This document shows positions 60,667 through 64,000 of a stretch of 64,000 nucleotides of DNA, one piece after another. This DNA comes from Chiloscyllium plagiosum (lineage: Eukaryota): assembly GCF_004010195.1 (NCBI RefSeq), contig NC_057720.1, positions 25,437,611 through 25,501,610 of the forward strand. The letters run 5' to 3'. The notes below the pieces were generated by a model. It saw only the letters and a list, made by a program, of their open reading frames with translations. It ran no database searches and was not told the origin of the DNA. Both the position numbers and the translations under genes were made by a program. Within the stretch, counting starts at the first letter, position 1, and each line of letters opens with the position of its first letter.

Positions 60667-61200
60667 CAGCCATGGGGCGGTTGGTTTGGTTGGTGCGGGT
60701 GTCCCAGAGGTGTTCTCTGAAACGTTCTGCAAGTAGGCGGCTGTGGCACCAACCAACGCAACCGCCTCGGGGTTAAACACATGAACGCCCCCTCCCACTC
60801 CACCAAGGATATGCAGGTCCTTGGCCTCCTCCATCGCCAGACCATGGCAACATGATGCCTGGAGGAAGAACGACTCATCTCCCGCCTAGGAACCCTCCAG
60901 CCACAGGGGATGAATGCGGATTTCTCCAGGTTCCTCATTTCCCCTCCCCCCACCTTTTCTCAGTCCCAGCCCTCAGACTCAGCACTGCCTTCTTGACCTG
61001 CAATCTTCTTCCCGACCTCTCCGCCCCCTACCCCCTCTCCGGCCTATCAGCCTCACCTTACCGTCCTTCCACCTATCGCATTCCCAATGACCCTCCCCCA
61101 AGTCCCTCCTCCCGACCTTTTATCTTAGCCTGCTTGGCACACCCTCCTCATTCCTGAAGAAGGGCTTATGCCCGAAACGTCAATTCTCCTTTTTCTTGGA
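60667..61200 (+). mobile_element. PLE family A 3' end with inverted 5' piece (60667-60745) and hammerhead at 61150-61185
   Basis: EEERLISRLGTLQP; CTGAAGA A GGGC TTAT GCCC GAA ACGT C. Confidence 0.85.
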
Positions 61201-61361
61201 GCTGTCTTCCAAAGTAGCCTTTGTGGTAACATTTTATAGATATTTAATTAGAAATAGGTTTTATTGTCACATGTACTCAAATACAAGGATACAGGAGTAC
61301 AGTAAAAATTCTACAAAGTCGCCATCCAGGTACCATCTTAGGTAGGTACAAATTCTTAGGT

Positions 61362-62834
61362 TTAGATCAGAGAGGTGCTGGAAAAGCACAGCAGGTCAGG
61401 CAGCATCCGAGGAGCAGGAAAATCAATGTTTCAGGCAAAACCCCAACAGTATCCTTCCACTGACACTCTCAAGCAAAACCCCAACAGTATCCTTCCACTG
61501 ACACTCTCAAACGTTTGGCTGAACTGGTCCTCACCCTTAACCATTTCTCCTTCGAATCCTCCCACTTCCTCCAGACCAAAGGGGTAGCCATGATGACCCT
61601 TATGGGCCCCAGCTATACCTGTCTCTTTGTCGGCTATGTAGAACAGTCCATCTTCCATAGTTACACTGGCACCACTCTCCACCTCTTCCTCCACTACATT
61701 GATGACTGCATCGGCGCCACTTGTGCTCCTGCGAGGAAGTTGAGCAGTTAATCAACTTCACCAACACATTCCACCCCAACCTTAAATTCACCTGGACCAT
61801 CTCTGACACGTCCCTCCCTTCCTGGGCCTCTTCATCTCCATTAATGATGACCGACTTGACACTGACATTTTTTACAAACCCATTGATTCCCACAATTACC
61901 TGGACTACTCCTCTTCCCACCCTACCTCCTGCAAAAATACCATCCCTTATTCCCAATTCCTCTGTCTCTGTCGTATCTGCTCCCAGGAGGACCAGTTCCA
62001 CCACAGAACACACCAGATGGCCTCCTTCTTTAGAGACCGCAATTTCTCTTCTCATGTGGTTGAAGATGCCTCCAATGTATCCCACCCATCCCTTTCTGCA
62101 AAGACCGTTCCCTCCGTGACTATCTGGTCAGGTCCATGCCCCCCAACAAACCACCGTCCTGTCCTGGCACCTTCCCCTGCCACCGCAGGAATCGCCCACA
62201 CCTCCTCCCCTCACCTCCATCCAAGGCCCCAAAGGAGCCTTCCATATTTATCAAAGTTTCACCTGCACATCCACCAATGTTATTTATTATATCCGTTGCT
62301 CCTGATACATTGGGGAGACTGGACGCCTTCTTGCAGTGCGCTTCAGGAACCATCTCCGGGACACCCGCACCAATCAACCCCACTGCCCTGTGGCCCAATA
62401 TTTCAACTCCCCCTCCCACTCTGCTGAGGACATGCAGGTCCTGGGCCTCCTCCACTGCCGGTCCCTCACCAACCGACGCCTGGAGGAAGAACGCCTCATC
62501 TTCCGCCTCGGAACACTTCAACCCCATGGCATCAATGTGGACTTCACCAGTTCCTCATTTCCTCTCCCCCTACCTTACCCCAGTTCCAATCTTCCAACTC
62601 AGCACTGTCCCCATGACCTGTCCTACCTGCCTACTCTTCTCCCCAGTCCCCGCTCCCCCCCGCCATTTATCTCTTCATCCTGTGGGCTTCCTGCCTCCAT
62701 TCCTGATGAAGGGCTTTTGCCCGAAACATTGATTTTCCTACTCCTCGGATGCTGCCTGACCTGCTGTGCTTTTCCAGCACCACTCTGATCTAAACTCTGG
62801 TTTCTAGCATCTGCAGTCCTCACTTTTGCCTACT
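61362..62834 (+). mobile_element. PLE family A, 5'-truncated, with inverted 5' terminus, RT, GIY-YIG, hammerhead (62699-62734) and 11-bp TSD
   Basis: GVAMMTLMGPSYTCLFVG..LHYIDDC; IGETGR..RFRNHL..LEEERLIFRLGTLQP; AATTCTTAGGT at 61351-61361 and 62835-62845. Confidence 0.92.
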
Positions 62835-63554
62835 AATTCTTAGGTACAAAGCAGGAACAAAGAAATAAATTTACAAGTTCAACATTACAGTCTTTATAAA
62901 GTTGAAAAAAAAGAAATAAAGTTACAAGTTCCACATTACAGTTCTTCCTAAGTGCTTAGCCATGCCGGCCTCGCAATCTCCACAAGGGCTCAATCTCCTC
63001 CATGCTGCAAAGGACTCCCTCTCCCCACGCTGGTTCAATCGCCCATCATTGGCTTGATCTCCCATGTGCTCTATGTGGCTGCAGATGCTGGGAGACCTTG
63101 GGCTGTATGCTCATGCCACTGCTGCCAGGGACCTCTTTCACTGCCACACAATCCCCCCATCTCCTCCATGGTGTGTAAACTCGCTCTCCACAGAAGGTAA
63201 ATAGATAACAGTAAGTATAAAAGGACAGTGAAAGAAGGAATAAAAATCCATGCAGATGGAGCAGATGACCTCCAAACAGGAGCCTGCACGCTGTTACTCT
63301 GCCACCATTTTGAATTAGAAATTTGAATTAGAATATTGATGCAGTTAATGACTGTCTGAGCTTTAGATACCCTGAAGATAAATTTCCTAAAATATTATTA
63401 TGTAATTTGTTATCAATGAAATATAGATTTTATTATGTAATTGGTGGTTATCAATGAGTTTGTGACCTTGCAACTTGAGTTGTAATCAATTAAAATAAAA
63501 AACAGAGTATAACATTGGTCTGATCAACATTCTAACAAACCTATTTTTTTTCAG

Positions 63555-63855
63555 AATTCATTCACAGGATGTGGAAACTCACTGCCCAGAGGGCAGTTAG
63601 GAGTTAACAACATTGCCTGGAAGCACTTGTAGACCAGACCAGGTAAGGAGAGCAATTTTCTTCCCCAAAGGACTTGGGTGAACCAGATGGATTTTTCCAC
63701 TAATTGATAATGGTTTAATGGACATTAATAAACTGTTAATTCCAGATTTATAATTGAATTCAAATTTTGCCATCTGCCATGGCGGAATTCAAACCCAGTC
63801 CCCAGTTTTTGGGGATAGTCCAGCAAGAATAACACAAGGTCAAAACGTCCCATTG
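63555..63855 (-). mobile_element. tRNA-derived SINE (family of 8148-8462)
   Basis: CCATCTGCCATGG..TTCAAACCC is the reverse complement of the head at 8220-8250. Confidence 0.7.
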
Positions 63856-64000
63856 TTAAATGTTGTTACTGATGAGAGCCTGGAATCAGGGACCTCACCC
63901 ATTGTTCAGCCATAGAGGAAATACTGGAAAGTTCTGAAGGACAGGAATTAATTTAAAACTGGTTGAAATGAATCTCTTCCTAGTTAACTCACAGAATTAT

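Overview
Vertebrate, not prokaryotic, non-coding DNA, inferred to be from a cartilaginous fish (most likely a shark). The evidence is HE1-type V-SINEs, SacSINE1-like Deu-SINEs and CR1/L2/Rex1/RTE LINE relics. I found no host protein-coding gene, true tRNA/rRNA gene or CRISPR array. Almost all listed ORFs are transposon fragments or noise. The window is a layered transposon graveyard: CR1 and CR1/L2-group LINEs, Rex1-type and RTE relics, two decayed Gypsy LTR elements, solo LTRs, PIF/Harbinger relics (Myb-like and transposase genes), Tigger-type MITEs, and many Penelope-like element (PLE) pieces. The main signals are: (1) about 18 minimal type-I hammerhead ribozyme motifs in three PLE families, several with intact catalytic cores and a self-complementary 4-nt helix III, often in tiny head-to-head palindromic units; (2) an ungapped 148-bp inverted repeat (19788-19935 / 20561-20708) in DNA I cannot assign to a repeat family, whose transitions mostly allow G-U pairing on the + strand; (3) several clean nested insertions and junction duplications. 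Element boundaries are approximate (tens of bp) unless stated as exact. Family assignments come from recalled motifs, not database searches.
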